Source of the DNA: Escherichia phage SUT_E1620
Direction: 5' to 3' (one strand)
Length of the DNA: 64,000 nucleotides
Sequence record: OQ939939
Position numbers and translations under genes: made by a program. Shown here one piece after another: positions 9,754-21,253 of this stretch (the stretch's first letter is position 1; each line of letters begins with the position of its first letter). Below the pieces are notes generated by a model that worked only from the letters and a program-made list of their open reading frames with translations, did not search any database and was not told where the DNA came from.

Positions 9754-10368
9754 ATGAGACTACCAGACCCATACACGAACCCAGAGCTATCAGGGTTAGG
9801 TTTTGAAAGCGTTAACTTAGTAGACAATGACCCTATGATTCGTGATGAATTACCTAATGGTAAAGTTAGGGAGGTTAAGGTGTCTGCTCAATATTGGGGT
9901 ATTAATATCTCTTATCCAGAATTATTCCCAGATGAATTTGCTAAATTAGACTCATTCATTCTAGATTATAAAAGAACAGGTAGCTATATTGATGTGTTAT
10001 TACCACAATATGAAGCTTTCCGAGTTCGTGGTGATACTAGTGCTGTAAATATTCCTGCTGGACAAAAAGGTTCAACAGTTATTATGGACACTAAAGGTAC
10101 ACTTCGTGGACTGCCTAAACCAGGCGATTTATTTAAATTGTCCAACCATCCAAAAGTGTACAAAATCACTTCTATCAACACAGCAGGAAATACTTGGAAT
10201 ATAAGTGTTTATCCTGATCTATTCATTACTACTACGGGTAGTGAGAAACCGGTATTTAATGGTATTCTGTTTAGAACTAAATTAATGAACGGAGACAGTT
10301 TTGGCTCTACGTTAAATAGTAATGGTACATATACTGGTATTTCACTTTCCTTGAGGGAAAGTCTATGA
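9754..10368 (+). CDS. distal tail protein (T5 pb9-like)
   Basis: 204 aa; follows tape measure gene; own promoter and strong SD (AGAGGAGAAATTAACTATG). Confidence 0.6.
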   Translation: MRLPDPYTNPELSGLGFESVNLVDNDPMIRDELPNGKVREVKVSAQYWGINISYPELFPDEFAKLDSFILDYKRTGSYIDVLLPQYEAFRVRGDTSAVNIPAGQKGSTVIMDTKGTLRGLPKPGDLFKLSNHPKVYKITSINTAGNTWNISVYPDLFITTTGSEKPVFNGILFRTKLMNGDSFGSTLNSNGTYTGISLSLRESL

Positions 10369-13214
10369 AGAAAATTCTTGACAGTGCAAGAGAGTATCTA
10401 AGAACCAATAATAAAATAAAAACTGCATGCCTTATTACTCTTGAATTGCCAAGCTCTACTGGATCAAGTTCTGCGTACATTTATCTTACAGACTATTTTA
10501 GGGATGTAATTTATAATGGTATTCTTTACACATCCGGTAAAGTTAAGTCTATAACAACACATAAACAAAATAGAAAACTTTCCATCGGTAGCCTTTCTTT
10601 TACTATAACAGGTACTGCTGAGGATGAAGTATTAAAACTAGTCCAAAATGGTGTATCCTTCCTAGATAGATCCATCTCAATCCATCAAGCGGTTATTGAT
10701 GAAGAAGGTAACATTCTTCCTGTAGATCCAGACACTAATGGTCCTTTACTTTACTTCCGTGGTAAAATCACTGGTGGTGGTATTAAGGACAACATTGGTA
10801 CTTCTGGAGTTAGTACATCTATTATTACATGGAACTGTTCAAACCAATTCTATGACTTTGATAGAGTAAACGGACGTTTCACAGATGATGCTGACCATAG
10901 GGGGCTTGAGATTGTTGCTGGCCAATTAGTTCCCTCTAATGGTGCTAAGCGACCTGAATATCAAGAAGACTACGGGTTCTTCCACGCTAACAAGAGTATC
11001 TCTATTCTTGCTAAGTATCAGGTTCAGGAAGAACGTTATAAGTTACAATCTAAGAAAAAATTATTTGGTCTTTCTAGAAGCTATAGTCTAAAGAAATATT
11101 ATGAGACTGTAACTAAGGAAGTAGATCTTGATTTTAACTTAGCTGCTAAATTCCTGCCAGTAGTATATGGAGTTCAGAAAATTCCTGGAATCCCAGTATT
11201 TGCAGATACTGAACTGCATAATCCTAATATTGTATATGTAGTATACGCTTTCTGTGAGGGTGAGATTGATGGATTTCTAGATTTCTACTTTGGTGATGTA
11301 CCAATGATCTGTATTGATCCTAATGATAGTAAGTCTCGTACTTGCTTTGGTACTAAGAAAGTAGCTGGTGATACCATGCAACGTATTGCTTCTGGTCAAC
11401 CAAGCTCTGAACCTTCTGTTCATGGACAGGAATATAAGTATAATGATGGTAATGGCGATATCCGTATCTGGACTTATCATGGTAAGGCTGATCAATCTGC
11501 CGCTGATGTTCTAGTTAACATTGCAAAAGAGAAAGGTTTCTATCTACAGAACATGAATGAGAATGGACCGGAATACTGGGACTCTCGTTATAAACTGTTA
11601 GATACTGCTTATGCTATTGTTCGCTTTACTATTAATGAAAACAGAACAGAAATTCCAGAAGTTAGCGCTGAAGTTCAAGGTAAGAAGATTAAGATCTATC
11701 ATTCAGATGGTAGAGTAACTGCTGATAAGACTAGCTTAAATGGTATATGGCAAACTCTGGACTACCTAACCTCTGATCGCTACGGTGCTAATATCACTAT
11801 CGATCAGTTCCCACTCCAGCAACTTATTCAAGAAGCAGCTATTTTGGATATCATTGATGAATCCTATCAGGTTTCTTGGCAACCCTATTGGAGATACGTT
11901 GGATGGACTGATGCTGTAGGAGAGAATAGACAAATAGTTCAAATGAACACTATTCTCGATACCTCTGAGTCAGTATTTAAAAACGTGCAGGGATTAATAG
12001 AGTCTTATGGTGGTGCTATCAACAACTTATCTGGTCAATATAGAATAACTGTTGAGAAGTTCTCAAACACCCCATTAGAGATTGACTTCTTAGATACCTA
12101 TGGTGATCTGGAATTGTCAGATACTACTGGTAGAAATAAATTCAACTCAGTACAAGCCTCTATACTAGATCCTGCATTAAGCTGGAAAACTAACTCCATT
12201 ACATTCTTTAACTCTATATTTAAGGAACAAGATAAAGGGTTAGATAAAAAACTTCAACTTTCTTTTGCAAATATCACTAACTACTATACTGCGCGTAGCT
12301 TTGCAGATAGAGAACTGAAAAAGTCTCGTTACTCACGAACTCTTACGTTCTCGTTACCATATCATTTCATAGGTATTGAGCCTAACGATCCGATTGCTTT
12401 TACATATGGTCGTTATGGTTGGGATAAGAAATACTTCCTAGTTGATGAAGTTGAAAACTCTAGAGAAGGTAAGATTAATATTACACTGCAAGAGTATGGT
12501 GAGGATGTATTCATTAACTCCGAGCAGGTTGATAATAGTGGTAACGATATCCCTGATGTTAGTAATAACGTACTGCCTCCTAGAGACTTTATGTACACAC
12601 CAACACCGGGTGGACAAGTAGGATCTATTGGTAAGAATGGTGAGTTATCTTGGCTTCCTAGCTTAACTAATAACGTTGTTTATTACTCCATCGTTCATTC
12701 AGGGCATGCTGATCCTTATATCATACAGCAACTAGAAACTAATCCAAATCTACGAATGATCCAAGAAATTATTGGAGAACCTGCTGGTTTAGCAGTCTTT
12801 GAGATTAGAGCTGTAGATATTAATGGTAGACGAAGTTCTCCTGTAACATTATCGGTAGAACTTAACTCTGCTAAAAACTTAAGCGTCGTTAGTAATTTCA
12901 GGGTTACTAACACAGCTTCAGGAGATGCATCGGAGTTTGTAGGACCAGACGTTAAGTTGGCCTGGGATAGAATTCCAGAAGAAGATATCATTGATGGAAT
13001 CTTCTACACTCTCGAAATCTACGATAACCTAGATCGTTTATTAAGAAGTGTACGAATTGAAGATCAGTATGTCTACGATTATCTACTGATATACAATAAG
13101 GCAGACTATGCTCTTCATAACGAGGATGCTCTAGGTATTAATAGGAAGTTACGCTTCCGTATAAGAGCAGAAGGTGATAATGGCGAGCAATCTGTGGATT
13201 GGGCATCTATTTAA
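10365..13214 (+). CDS. baseplate hub protein (T5 pb3-like)
   Basis: 949 aa; start overlaps pb9 stop; size and synteny with T5 pb3. Confidence 0.7.
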   Translation: MKKILDSAREYLRTNNKIKTACLITLELPSSTGSSSAYIYLTDYFRDVIYNGILYTSGKVKSITTHKQNRKLSIGSLSFTITGTAEDEVLKLVQNGVSFLDRSISIHQAVIDEEGNILPVDPDTNGPLLYFRGKITGGGIKDNIGTSGVSTSIITWNCSNQFYDFDRVNGRFTDDADHRGLEIVAGQLVPSNGAKRPEYQEDYGFFHANKSISILAKYQVQEERYKLQSKKKLFGLSRSYSLKKYYETVTKEVDLDFNLAAKFLPVVYGVQKIPGIPVFADTELHNPNIVYVVYAFCEGEIDGFLDFYFGDVPMICIDPNDSKSRTCFGTKKVAGDTMQRIASGQPSSEPSVHGQEYKYNDGNGDIRIWTYHGKADQSAADVLVNIAKEKGFYLQNMNENGPEYWDSRYKLLDTAYAIVRFTINENRTEIPEVSAEVQGKKIKIYHSDGRVTADKTSLNGIWQTLDYLTSDRYGANITIDQFPLQQLIQEAAILDIIDESYQVSWQPYWRYVGWTDAVGENRQIVQMNTILDTSESVFKNVQGLIESYGGAINNLSGQYRITVEKFSNTPLEIDFLDTYGDLELSDTTGRNKFNSVQASILDPALSWKTNSITFFNSIFKEQDKGLDKKLQLSFANITNYYTARSFADRELKKSRYSRTLTFSLPYHFIGIEPNDPIAFTYGRYGWDKKYFLVDEVENSREGKINITLQEYGEDVFINSEQVDNSGNDIPDVSNNVLPPRDFMYTPTPGGQVGSIGKNGELSWLPSLTNNVVYYSIVHSGHADPYIIQQLETNPNLRMIQEIIGEPAGLAVFEIRAVDINGRRSSPVTLSVELNSAKNLSVVSNFRVTNTASGDASEFVGPDVKLAWDRIPEEDIIDGIFYTLEIYDNLDRLLRSVRIEDQYVYDYLLIYNKADYALHNEDALGINRKLRFRIRAEGDNGEQSVDWASI

Positions 13215-15272
13215 ATGATTTCGAATAATGCACCAGCCAAGATGGTCTTAAATAGTATTATGACTGGATATACTATGGCGTATATCCAGCATTCTATCTA
13301 TACCGACTACGATGTTATCGGTAGATCATTCTGGCTTAAACTTGGCGAAGAAGTGGATAGAAGAGATTTCACTGGAATCGACACTTTCTTTGTTATGATC
13401 AATAACTTAACTCCCTCAACTACCTACCAGGTTCAGGGAGCTTTTTATGACTCAATTATTGACTCAGAACTTTTAAATGCAAAAATTGGTATTAACCTCT
13501 CTAATGAAACTAACTTTAAAACAAAAGAGAAGCCAATAATTGTTGCAGCAAGATCTGAGTCAGAACCTGTGGATGTTGGGGTGGGCGCACCAATAGTTGT
13601 TGTGGAAACAACTGGTGAAGCAAGCTACTGTACTATTGAGTTAAAAAGTACAGCCACTGAAGACAGTCCATGGACTAAATATTATATTGGGGCTTTAGGT
13701 TCTACTATTAAATTTGGTGGAGTTCCTATCGGAGATTATAAGATCAGAATATCTGGTCAAGTAACTATGCCTGATGGTGTTACAGTTGATTCTTCTGGAT
13801 ACTATGAGTTCCCTAATATTCTAACTGTAGCCTATAACTTTGTTCCTCCTACGGCACCTATCGATATTGTTTTTAAAGCTGCACGAATTGCTGATGGTAA
13901 AGAACGATATGATGTTAGAATTGAGTGGGACTGGGAACGTGGTGCTGGTGCTAACGTTCGTGAGTTCTTGGTTACTTATATAAACTCCGAGGAATACGCT
14001 AAAACCGGATGGGCTAAAGCTCAAAAGATAAACGTGGGTGCTGCTAGAGCTGCTACGATTATATCATTCCCATGGAAAGTTGAGTATACTTTTAAGGTAT
14101 CATCAATTGCCTGGGGACCAAATAAGCAAGATATAACAGAATCAGCTCCTGTAACATTTATATTGAATGAAGATACTCCTCTAGACAACAGCTTTGTCAA
14201 TGAGACGGGTATTGATGTTAACTACGCCTTTATTAAGGGCAGCATGAAAGATGGGGAAATCTGGAGACAGACATTCTTAATTGATGCAGCTACTGGTGCT
14301 ATTAACATTGGTCTGCTCGATGAAGAAGGAAAAACACCTATTTCTTTCGACCCTATAAACCGTGTTGTTAACGTTGATGGTAAAGTAATTACTAGAGATA
14401 TTAATGCTGCGAACTTTATCATGACTAACTTATCAGATAAAGATAACCCAGCAATTTATACTCAAGGTAAATCTTGGGGAGATAATAACTCTGGTATTTG
14501 GATGGGTATGGATAATACCTCTGCCAAAGCTAAACTAGACATTGGTAATGCTACACAATGGATACGTTATGATGGTACTACTCTGCGTATTTCTAGTGGT
14601 GTAGTAATTGGAACACCAAATGGTGACGTAGATATTGGAACTGGTTTACAGGGTAAGCAAACAGTATTTGTTTATAAGTTAGCAACATCTTTACCGGCCA
14701 AACCGCTAGAACAAGATTATCCACCTCCTGGTTGGTCAAAAACTCCACCTAACCGTACAGATATGACACAAAATATCTATGCGACTACAGGTACACTTGA
14801 TCCAGTTACTAACAAACTTCTTGAAGGTACTAGCTGGTCTGATGTAGTTCAGTGGAGTGGTACTGAAGGTACTATAGGACATGATGGACAGCGTGGTCCT
14901 GGGATGTACTCCATGGGTATTCCTGGATTAGGTGGTTGGGATGATGGACAGGCTAACGCATTCTTCCAAAATAACTTTGGAAAACCCCCGGTTAAGTATG
15001 ATGTTCTAACACAATTTAACAGTAATGCTCCACAAACAGCATTTACCCGCCAATGGAACGGGGCTGGATGGATTAACCCTGCAATGGTTCTTCATGGAAA
15101 CATGATTGTCAATGGAACTGTAACTGCTGATAAGATTGTGGCAGGAAATGCCTTCTTATCACAAATCGGGGTTAATATAATCTACGATAGAAATGCTGCG
15201 TTATCAGGGAACCCTGAAGCATACTACAAGATGAAGATAGACCTAAATAGTGGGTATATCCATATAAGGTAA
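13215..15272 (+). CDS. tail tip protein (T5 pb4-like)
   Basis: 685 aa; immediately follows pb3; synteny. Confidence 0.6.
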   Translation: MISNNAPAKMVLNSIMTGYTMAYIQHSIYTDYDVIGRSFWLKLGEEVDRRDFTGIDTFFVMINNLTPSTTYQVQGAFYDSIIDSELLNAKIGINLSNETNFKTKEKPIIVAARSESEPVDVGVGAPIVVVETTGEASYCTIELKSTATEDSPWTKYYIGALGSTIKFGGVPIGDYKIRISGQVTMPDGVTVDSSGYYEFPNILTVAYNFVPPTAPIDIVFKAARIADGKERYDVRIEWDWERGAGANVREFLVTYINSEEYAKTGWAKAQKINVGAARAATIISFPWKVEYTFKVSSIAWGPNKQDITESAPVTFILNEDTPLDNSFVNETGIDVNYAFIKGSMKDGEIWRQTFLIDAATGAINIGLLDEEGKTPISFDPINRVVNVDGKVITRDINAANFIMTNLSDKDNPAIYTQGKSWGDNNSGIWMGMDNTSAKAKLDIGNATQWIRYDGTTLRISSGVVIGTPNGDVDIGTGLQGKQTVFVYKLATSLPAKPLEQDYPPPGWSKTPPNRTDMTQNIYATTGTLDPVTNKLLEGTSWSDVVQWSGTEGTIGHDGQRGPGMYSMGIPGLGGWDDGQANAFFQNNFGKPPVKYDVLTQFNSNAPQTAFTRQWNGAGWINPAMVLHGNMIVNGTVTADKIVAGNAFLSQIGVNIIYDRNAALSGNPEAYYKMKIDLNSGYIHIR

Positions 15273-15277
15273 TTATA

Positions 15278-15700
15278 ATGAGTACAGAAAACCGAGTTAT
15301 TGATATTGTTGTTGATGAAAAAGTACCTTATGGTCTTATCATGCAATTTATGGATGTTGATGATAGCGTATATCCACCAACAGAAGTTCCTGTTAACTTA
15401 ACCGGATATTCACTCCGAGGAACTATTAAATCTAGCTTAGACGAGAACGCCGAGGTTCTAGCTAACTTTAAAACTCGTGTTATTGATGCTGCTCAAGGTG
15501 CTGCTGCAATTAGTCTTTCTGTTGCAGACGTTACTAATATTGGTGAAAAAGCATCTAAAGAACGTGATAAGTATAACCCAAGACAACGTTTTGCTGGTTA
15601 TTATGATATCCTAATGACTCGTGATGTAATTGGCTCTGAAGTCAGTTCTTTCCGTATTATGGAAGGTAAAGTATACATCAGCGATGGAGTAACTCAATAA
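15278..15700 (+). CDS. collar protein (T5 p132-like)
   Basis: 140 aa; between pb4 and tail-fibre gene as in T5. Confidence 0.5.
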   Translation: MSTENRVIDIVVDEKVPYGLIMQFMDVDDSVYPPTEVPVNLTGYSLRGTIKSSLDENAEVLANFKTRVIDAAQGAAAISLSVADVTNIGEKASKERDKYNPRQRFAGYYDILMTRDVIGSEVSSFRIMEGKVYISDGVTQ

Positions 15701-18700
15701 TGGCACTTAAAACTAAAATTATTGTACAGCAGATTCTGAACATAGATGACACTACAACTACTGCTAGTAAGTATCCTAAGTATACAGTAGTTTTAGGTAA
15801 TTCTATCAGTTCTATTACTGCTGGTGAACTAACAGCGGCTGTTGAAGCCGCTGCAGAGTCTGCTGCTGCTGCTAAAGATTCTGAAATAGCAGCTAAAGAC
15901 TCTGAAAATAAAGCTAAAGATTCGGAAATTCAAGCGGGTATTCATGCTGGTGCTTCTGAGGCTTCAGCAACCCAGTCTGCTGCTTCTGCTGCTGAATCTG
16001 AAAGACAAGCTAACTTATCTCAAGGTAGTGCGGAAAACTCTGCTGCTTCTGCTTTAGAATCTAAGAATTTTAAAGATGCTTCGGAACTTGCTGCTCAAAA
16101 TGCAGAGCAGAGTAAGATTTTAGCAGAGCAAGCTCAAAGAGCGGCAGAAGCTGCCCAGTCTGGTGCTCAAGCTTCTGAAAATAAAGCATCAGCATTTGCT
16201 ACACAAGCTGCTGCATCTTCAGCTTCCGCAGGAGATTTTGCTGCAGCCGCTAAACAATCTGAATTAAATGCTAAAACTTCTGAAACCAATGCCGCAACAT
16301 CAGAAGTGGAAGCGGAAACCCAAGCTGAAACTGCTACTACTGAGGCAAATCGTGCTAAGGCTGAAGCCGATCGCGCAGCTCAGATTGTAGATAGTAAGTT
16401 AGATAAAGAAGATATATCTGGCTTTATCAAAGTCTACAAGACTAAAGAAGAAGCGGACGCCGACGTTAGTAGCCGCGTACTAGGTGAAAAGATCCTAGTG
16501 TGGAACCAAACTGACTCAAAATATGGATGGTATAAAGTAGCTGGAACTGCTGAGGCTCCAGTATTAGAGTTAGTAGAGACAGAGCAAAAGCTAGTTTCTA
16601 TTAATAACGTTCGTGCAGATGACGCAGGTAACGTACAGATTACTCTTCCTGGTGGTAATCCTTCCTTATGGTTGGGTGAAGTTACTTGGTTCCCTTATGA
16701 CAAAGATTCAGGTGTTGGCTATCCTGGTGTTCTCCCTGCTGATGGCCGCGAAGTCCTTCGTGTAGACTATCCAGATACGTGGGAGGCTATCGAAGCCGGT
16801 CTGATTCCTTCTGTTACTGAAGAACAATGGCAAGCTGGTGCAACTCTCTATTTCTCCACTGGTAATGGTACTACTACTTTCCGTCTACCTGATATGATGC
16901 AGGGGCAGGCATTCCGTGCTGCTGCAAAAGGCGAGGAAAACGCTGGCAATATTAAAGAGCAAATTCCGTACATTACTATGATTAACGGTAAAGCTCCTGC
17001 TGACGATGGTACAATTACTTTAGGTAATGCTGCAGATAAAAACGTATGGAATGGTGTTGATGGTGAGGTATTACTAAGAGGTGCTTTTGGTCTTGGTGGT
17101 ACTGGTTTAATCCTTAATGAACCTGATGCCGTTTCCTTCTTTAAAGCAATGCGTGCTTTTGGTTCTGGATACTATAGAAATGACTCTGAAAGTAACCCAG
17201 TGATTCCTAAGTATTCTGCTGGATTCTACTCCAAAACTGCCGACACTCATACTTTTATCTGTTCTGCTTATGGTAATGGTGTTACTTTCGTAGCTACTAT
17301 AAATGATGCATTATTAGATGGAGAAAATCCTACTGTACATACAAATATTCTTTATGGTACAGCAAATAAACCTGATCTGAATACCGATACTCAAGGAGTT
17401 TTAGGAGTAGAGAAGGGCGGTACTGGTGCTACTACACAGAAAGGTGCTAGACTAAATCTGGATACTCCTGTAGGCAGCAGAGCTATTGGAATGCCTAATA
17501 ACTCTGATGTACTAGCTTTCATGAAATCTTCCGCAGAAAGCGGATATTATTCCTCTGGTAATATAGTTACTGGAGTTCCAGAAACTGCAGGATGGTATAT
17601 GTTCGATCTCCATGTACATGGTAAGAATGCTGCGGGAGAAATGGAGTATGGTAATGTATACTGTACAACAAGTGCTGGTGCTATTTGGTACACCTTAATG
17701 GAGGTTGGTGTATGGCAGCCATGGAGACGTTTGACCACAGAACATGGTATTATTCCTATTACTTCAGGGGGTACTGGTACAAATAATGCAAATGACGCAA
17801 GAATAAATCTAGGTCTTGGTCCTATAAATGCACCTACTTTTAGTGGTATGACTCTTCAGGGTACTAATGAAACTACTTCAGGTATAGCGGTTTTTAGTAA
17901 TAGAAATACGGAAGGGACTCAACTTTCCTATTCTAGAATGTACCATGAAATTCAGAGTGGTGTTGGTAAAACTACTATTCAGACTACAAGAGAGGGCGGG
18001 GCGACTAACTATTTCCAAATTGATGAGTATGGTAATATTGGGAATATTAACTCAATTATTGCATATGGATATATGGGATTAGGTGCTGCTAATGCTATGG
18101 GAAATGCCTCTATTGCGATTGGTGACTCTGACTCTGGGCTAAAATGGAATAGTGATGGTAACATAAGTACCATAGCAGATGGTGTAAAAATAGCCACATG
18201 GACACCTCATGGATTTTATACACATAAAATAATAAGCTCAGATGTTGCTAATACCGAAAGAGGGATGTATGTAAACGGGGTTAGGACTACCGGTGCCTCC
18301 GCTCTTGTAGCTGGGGTTGTAGAAGCTGGATCTCATGTTGGTTGGAGAGATAGAGCTTCAGGTATGCTTGTTGAATTGAATACTAGAGGAGCTGCTGCCA
18401 ATATCTGGAAAGCAACTAGATGGGGTGATCAACATGCTGGTGCATCTGACATCGTTATTTATGATGATGGATCTCCTTATTATAGAACTCTTGTAGGCGG
18501 TGGTGAATTTGGGTTCAATGGCCTTGGACAAGCTACCTGTACTTCTTGGATTAGTACATCTGATATTAGGCTTAAGGCACAGCTAAAAGAGATAGTATCT
18601 GCTAAAGATAAGGTAAAATCCCTACAGGGGTACACTTATTTTAAACGTAATAGTTTGGTTGAAGATGAGCATTCTTTTTATTGTGAAGAGGCAGGATTAA

Positions 18701-18915
18701 TCGCACAGGATGTTCAAACTGTACTACCGGAAGCTGTATATAAAATAGCTAACTCAGATCTTCTCGGTGTTAATTACTCTGGTGTTACCGCATTATTGGC
18801 TAACGCAGTAAAAGAGATGTTGGCGGATGCGGAGGCTCAGGAAGCTCGTATCAGTAATCTAGAGGAAGAACTGGCAGAGTTAAAAGCTCTAGTAGCCACT
18901 CTGGTAAATAAGTAA
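15700..18915 (+). CDS. ltfA: L-shaped tail fibre protein LtfA with C-terminal intramolecular chaperone (S74-type) domain
   Basis: 1071 aa; N-terminal Ala/Ser/Glu-rich helical repeats; GGTGA...AR(L/I)NL motifs; C-terminal TSDIRLK...GLIAQDVQ autoproteolytic chaperone signature. Confidence 0.8.
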   Translation: MALKTKIIVQQILNIDDTTTTASKYPKYTVVLGNSISSITAGELTAAVEAAAESAAAAKDSEIAAKDSENKAKDSEIQAGIHAGASEASATQSAASAAESERQANLSQGSAENSAASALESKNFKDASELAAQNAEQSKILAEQAQRAAEAAQSGAQASENKASAFATQAAASSASAGDFAAAAKQSELNAKTSETNAATSEVEAETQAETATTEANRAKAEADRAAQIVDSKLDKEDISGFIKVYKTKEEADADVSSRVLGEKILVWNQTDSKYGWYKVAGTAEAPVLELVETEQKLVSINNVRADDAGNVQITLPGGNPSLWLGEVTWFPYDKDSGVGYPGVLPADGREVLRVDYPDTWEAIEAGLIPSVTEEQWQAGATLYFSTGNGTTTFRLPDMMQGQAFRAAAKGEENAGNIKEQIPYITMINGKAPADDGTITLGNAADKNVWNGVDGEVLLRGAFGLGGTGLILNEPDAVSFFKAMRAFGSGYYRNDSESNPVIPKYSAGFYSKTADTHTFICSAYGNGVTFVATINDALLDGENPTVHTNILYGTANKPDLNTDTQGVLGVEKGGTGATTQKGARLNLDTPVGSRAIGMPNNSDVLAFMKSSAESGYYSSGNIVTGVPETAGWYMFDLHVHGKNAAGEMEYGNVYCTTSAGAIWYTLMEVGVWQPWRRLTTEHGIIPITSGGTGTNNANDARINLGLGPINAPTFSGMTLQGTNETTSGIAVFSNRNTEGTQLSYSRMYHEIQSGVGKTTIQTTREGGATNYFQIDEYGNIGNINSIIAYGYMGLGAANAMGNASIAIGDSDSGLKWNSDGNISTIADGVKIATWTPHGFYTHKIISSDVANTERGMYVNGVRTTGASALVAGVVEAGSHVGWRDRASGMLVELNTRGAAANIWKATRWGDQHAGASDIVIYDDGSPYYRTLVGGGEFGFNGLGQATCTSWISTSDIRLKAQLKEIVSAKDKVKSLQGYTYFKRNSLVEDEHSFYCEEAGLIAQDVQTVLPEAVYKIANSDLLGVNYSGVTALLANAVKEMLADAEAQEARISNLEEELAELKALVATLVNK

Positions 18916-18929
18916 GAGTATAGGGGAGT

Positions 18930-18953
18930 AATTCTCCCCTATTTACTAAGGAA
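18930..18953 (+). terminator. weak terminator/attenuator between ltfA and ltfB
   Basis: hairpin AGGGGAG-TAAT-TCTCCCCT with weak U tract (ATTTACT). Confidence 0.35.
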
Positions 18954-18958
18954 ATACT

Positions 18959-21253
18959 ATGTCACGTAATTTAATGCCTAAATCTGGCGCAATGGCGCCA
19001 TACATTGTAGTTAATAGAGACGCTGCTGTTGCTGGTGTTTTCTCTATTGACGGAGAAGCTGGCGCTGTTGTACTTACTTCTAAGTACTTACAAATCTCTA
19101 AATATAATTTAGATCAGCAAGCTCTAGCTACTCGTCTTACTGGAATAGATAGCTCTATTCAAAGTAATACTGAAGCTATTGGAAATATTAATACTGCAAT
19201 TGGTAGTATTAATAGTAGTCTAAGTGCCAAAGCGGCTAAGGGTGCTAATAATGATATTACAGAATTAAATGCACTTACTAAGGCTATTACTGTATCTCAA
19301 GGTGGTACAGGTGCTACTTCTCCAGATGGAGCACGTTTAGCACTAGAATTAAATCATCTCACTAAGTCAACAGATGTCTCATATATGGGATCTCCTGATG
19401 GTTCAAAGTTACTTTATATTAGTAATGAGGGGGCTTGGGGAGTTACTGCTGAGGGTGGTGGCACTAACTATGCACTACCTATTACTCAAGGTGGTACAGG
19501 TGCTTTAAGTGCAGCAGAGGCACTAGTTAAGCTAATGGATGGTAAACCATTACCATTAGCTGCAGATGGGCAAGCTCCTTATGATGCTGTAACTGTAAGG
19601 CAACTATCTAATATTTCTGGTGGCGGAAATGCTAGCATGAGTGGAGTTATGAATAACTTCATAGGTGCTGTTGAGTGGTTTAATGGTAACCGTACTAAGC
19701 TACCTGCCGGCTATATACCAGCAGACGGTCAATTAGAAAGCCGTACCGATCCTAAGACTAGGGATCTATGGGCGGCAGTTTCAGGTGGATTATTCGTAAG
19801 TGTTAGTGATACAGAGTGGATAACTAACTCCTACGGTCAGGATTACCAAAAAACAGGGAATAGAGGTGCATATTCTACAGGAGATGGCTCTACTAACTTC
19901 CGTGTACCTGATTTAAACGGCGTTAGAAGAAATGGGGATACTATGGATGGAATTCCTTTTGCAGGATATGATACCCCTTATGCAGCATTCCTTCGTGGTG
20001 ACGGTGGTGGTAGTATTAATGGAGTATTTGCCTCTGGGGCGCTAAATATGAGTGCTGCCCCTAATATAATAGGTAACTTTTCTGTAAGAGTACCAAATAA
20101 CCATGGAATGTACGCTACTGGTATTTTCTCGGGTATAAATCATACAGGATGGCCTGATGCTCCAGATGCTAGTTATTCTGGAGGAAGTGGAACAGCGGAT
20201 TTTGTAGATACTCAGAAGTATGGATATTCTCTAAATGCTGCAGCAGGTAGCCCAGTATATGGAAGAGATGGTACATCAGAGGTACGCCCTACTGCTGTTA
20301 CTGGTCTTTGGATTATCCGTGCTAACGGTTCTTTTAACGCTGCTGGTTCACAGTATCATGTTATTAATGGAGACTCTACACGCCCTGCTGATGGAACTAC
20401 TACTTATGGTGGCTTTGCGTATAGTGACTACAGAATAGGGGAAACAGTTAATCACTCAGCTTTAATAGTAAGTGCCAAAAGATTTGGTAATCCTTATAGT
20501 GTTGCTGTTCTTCAGTCCTATAATGATGAGACAGGGGATCTTGCCAACCTAGAGGTACAATCTAATGGTGTTGTTAACTTACCTACTTCGATTAATAATA
20601 AATCCTGGATACAAGCTTTTGGTGCCAACGGCCTGCATTTAGATGCTGCTACTACTGCTCAAGATCTACATACTATGCCTGGTGGAGGTTGTGGTGTATC
20701 TCAAGCAGAGAGAAATGCTATCGAGTTGAATAATAACCCAGGTGCTGTAGGTTCTGGTGGTTATGTTAACTGGCTGCAAGGATGGTGGTATGACGATAGG
20801 TTCCAGTTCGGTGCTATTCGTAGTGGTTCTACTGTATTGGATGCTGTAGCCTTATCTACATATTCTAATGCATTGGGGTTAAAACAGTGGTTCTTTAGGG
20901 CTAATGATGGTAGGATTGCTTCCACTGCAGGTACTATTGCTATTGAAGGTTCAGATATCAAACTTAAGGAGAATATAGTTAGAGCACCAGAAGGGGCCTT
21001 AGATAGAATAACTAAAATCACCCCTAGAGAGTTTGACTGGAAAGCTGGAGGTAGGCATGATAGAGGATATATTGCTCAGGAATTACGTGATGTAGATCCT
21101 ACCTATGTATATTCATCAACTGTTGGGGAAGGAGAAGAGGTATTAAACGTTAGTACATCTGCTTTGATTTCTGACTTAATAGCTGCTGTTACAACTCTTA
21201 AACAAGAGTTGGATTCTGCCAAATTAGAAATTAAAAAGCTAAAAGCTAAATAA
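18959..21253 (+). CDS. ltfB: second L-shaped tail fibre protein LtfB with C-terminal intramolecular chaperone domain
   Basis: 764 aa; QGGTGA...AR motifs (x2); C-terminal GSDIKLK...GYIAQELRDVD chaperone signature; SD AAGGA upstream. Confidence 0.75.
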   Translation: MSRNLMPKSGAMAPYIVVNRDAAVAGVFSIDGEAGAVVLTSKYLQISKYNLDQQALATRLTGIDSSIQSNTEAIGNINTAIGSINSSLSAKAAKGANNDITELNALTKAITVSQGGTGATSPDGARLALELNHLTKSTDVSYMGSPDGSKLLYISNEGAWGVTAEGGGTNYALPITQGGTGALSAAEALVKLMDGKPLPLAADGQAPYDAVTVRQLSNISGGGNASMSGVMNNFIGAVEWFNGNRTKLPAGYIPADGQLESRTDPKTRDLWAAVSGGLFVSVSDTEWITNSYGQDYQKTGNRGAYSTGDGSTNFRVPDLNGVRRNGDTMDGIPFAGYDTPYAAFLRGDGGGSINGVFASGALNMSAAPNIIGNFSVRVPNNHGMYATGIFSGINHTGWPDAPDASYSGGSGTADFVDTQKYGYSLNAAAGSPVYGRDGTSEVRPTAVTGLWIIRANGSFNAAGSQYHVINGDSTRPADGTTTYGGFAYSDYRIGETVNHSALIVSAKRFGNPYSVAVLQSYNDETGDLANLEVQSNGVVNLPTSINNKSWIQAFGANGLHLDAATTAQDLHTMPGGGCGVSQAERNAIELNNNPGAVGSGGYVNWLQGWWYDDRFQFGAIRSGSTVLDAVALSTYSNALGLKQWFFRANDGRIASTAGTIAIEGSDIKLKENIVRAPEGALDRITKITPREFDWKAGGRHDRGYIAQELRDVDPTYVYSSTVGEGEEVLNVSTSALISDLIAAVTTLKQELDSAKLEIKKLKAK

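Noticed and set aside
9730-9756. Match of ATTAAGAGGAGAAATTAACTATG to a synthetic expression-vector RBS as evidence of vector contamination
   Set aside because: The surrounding 64 kb is coherent phage sequence with no vector backbone; commercial T5-promoter vectors plausibly derive their elements from this phage family, so the match reflects shared origin rather than contamination.
15840-16380. Apparent low-complexity Ala/Ser/Glu repeat DNA
   Set aside because: It lies in-frame within the LtfA N-terminus and encodes the helical repeat region typical of phage fibres; not a non-coding tandem repeat or CRISPR-like array.
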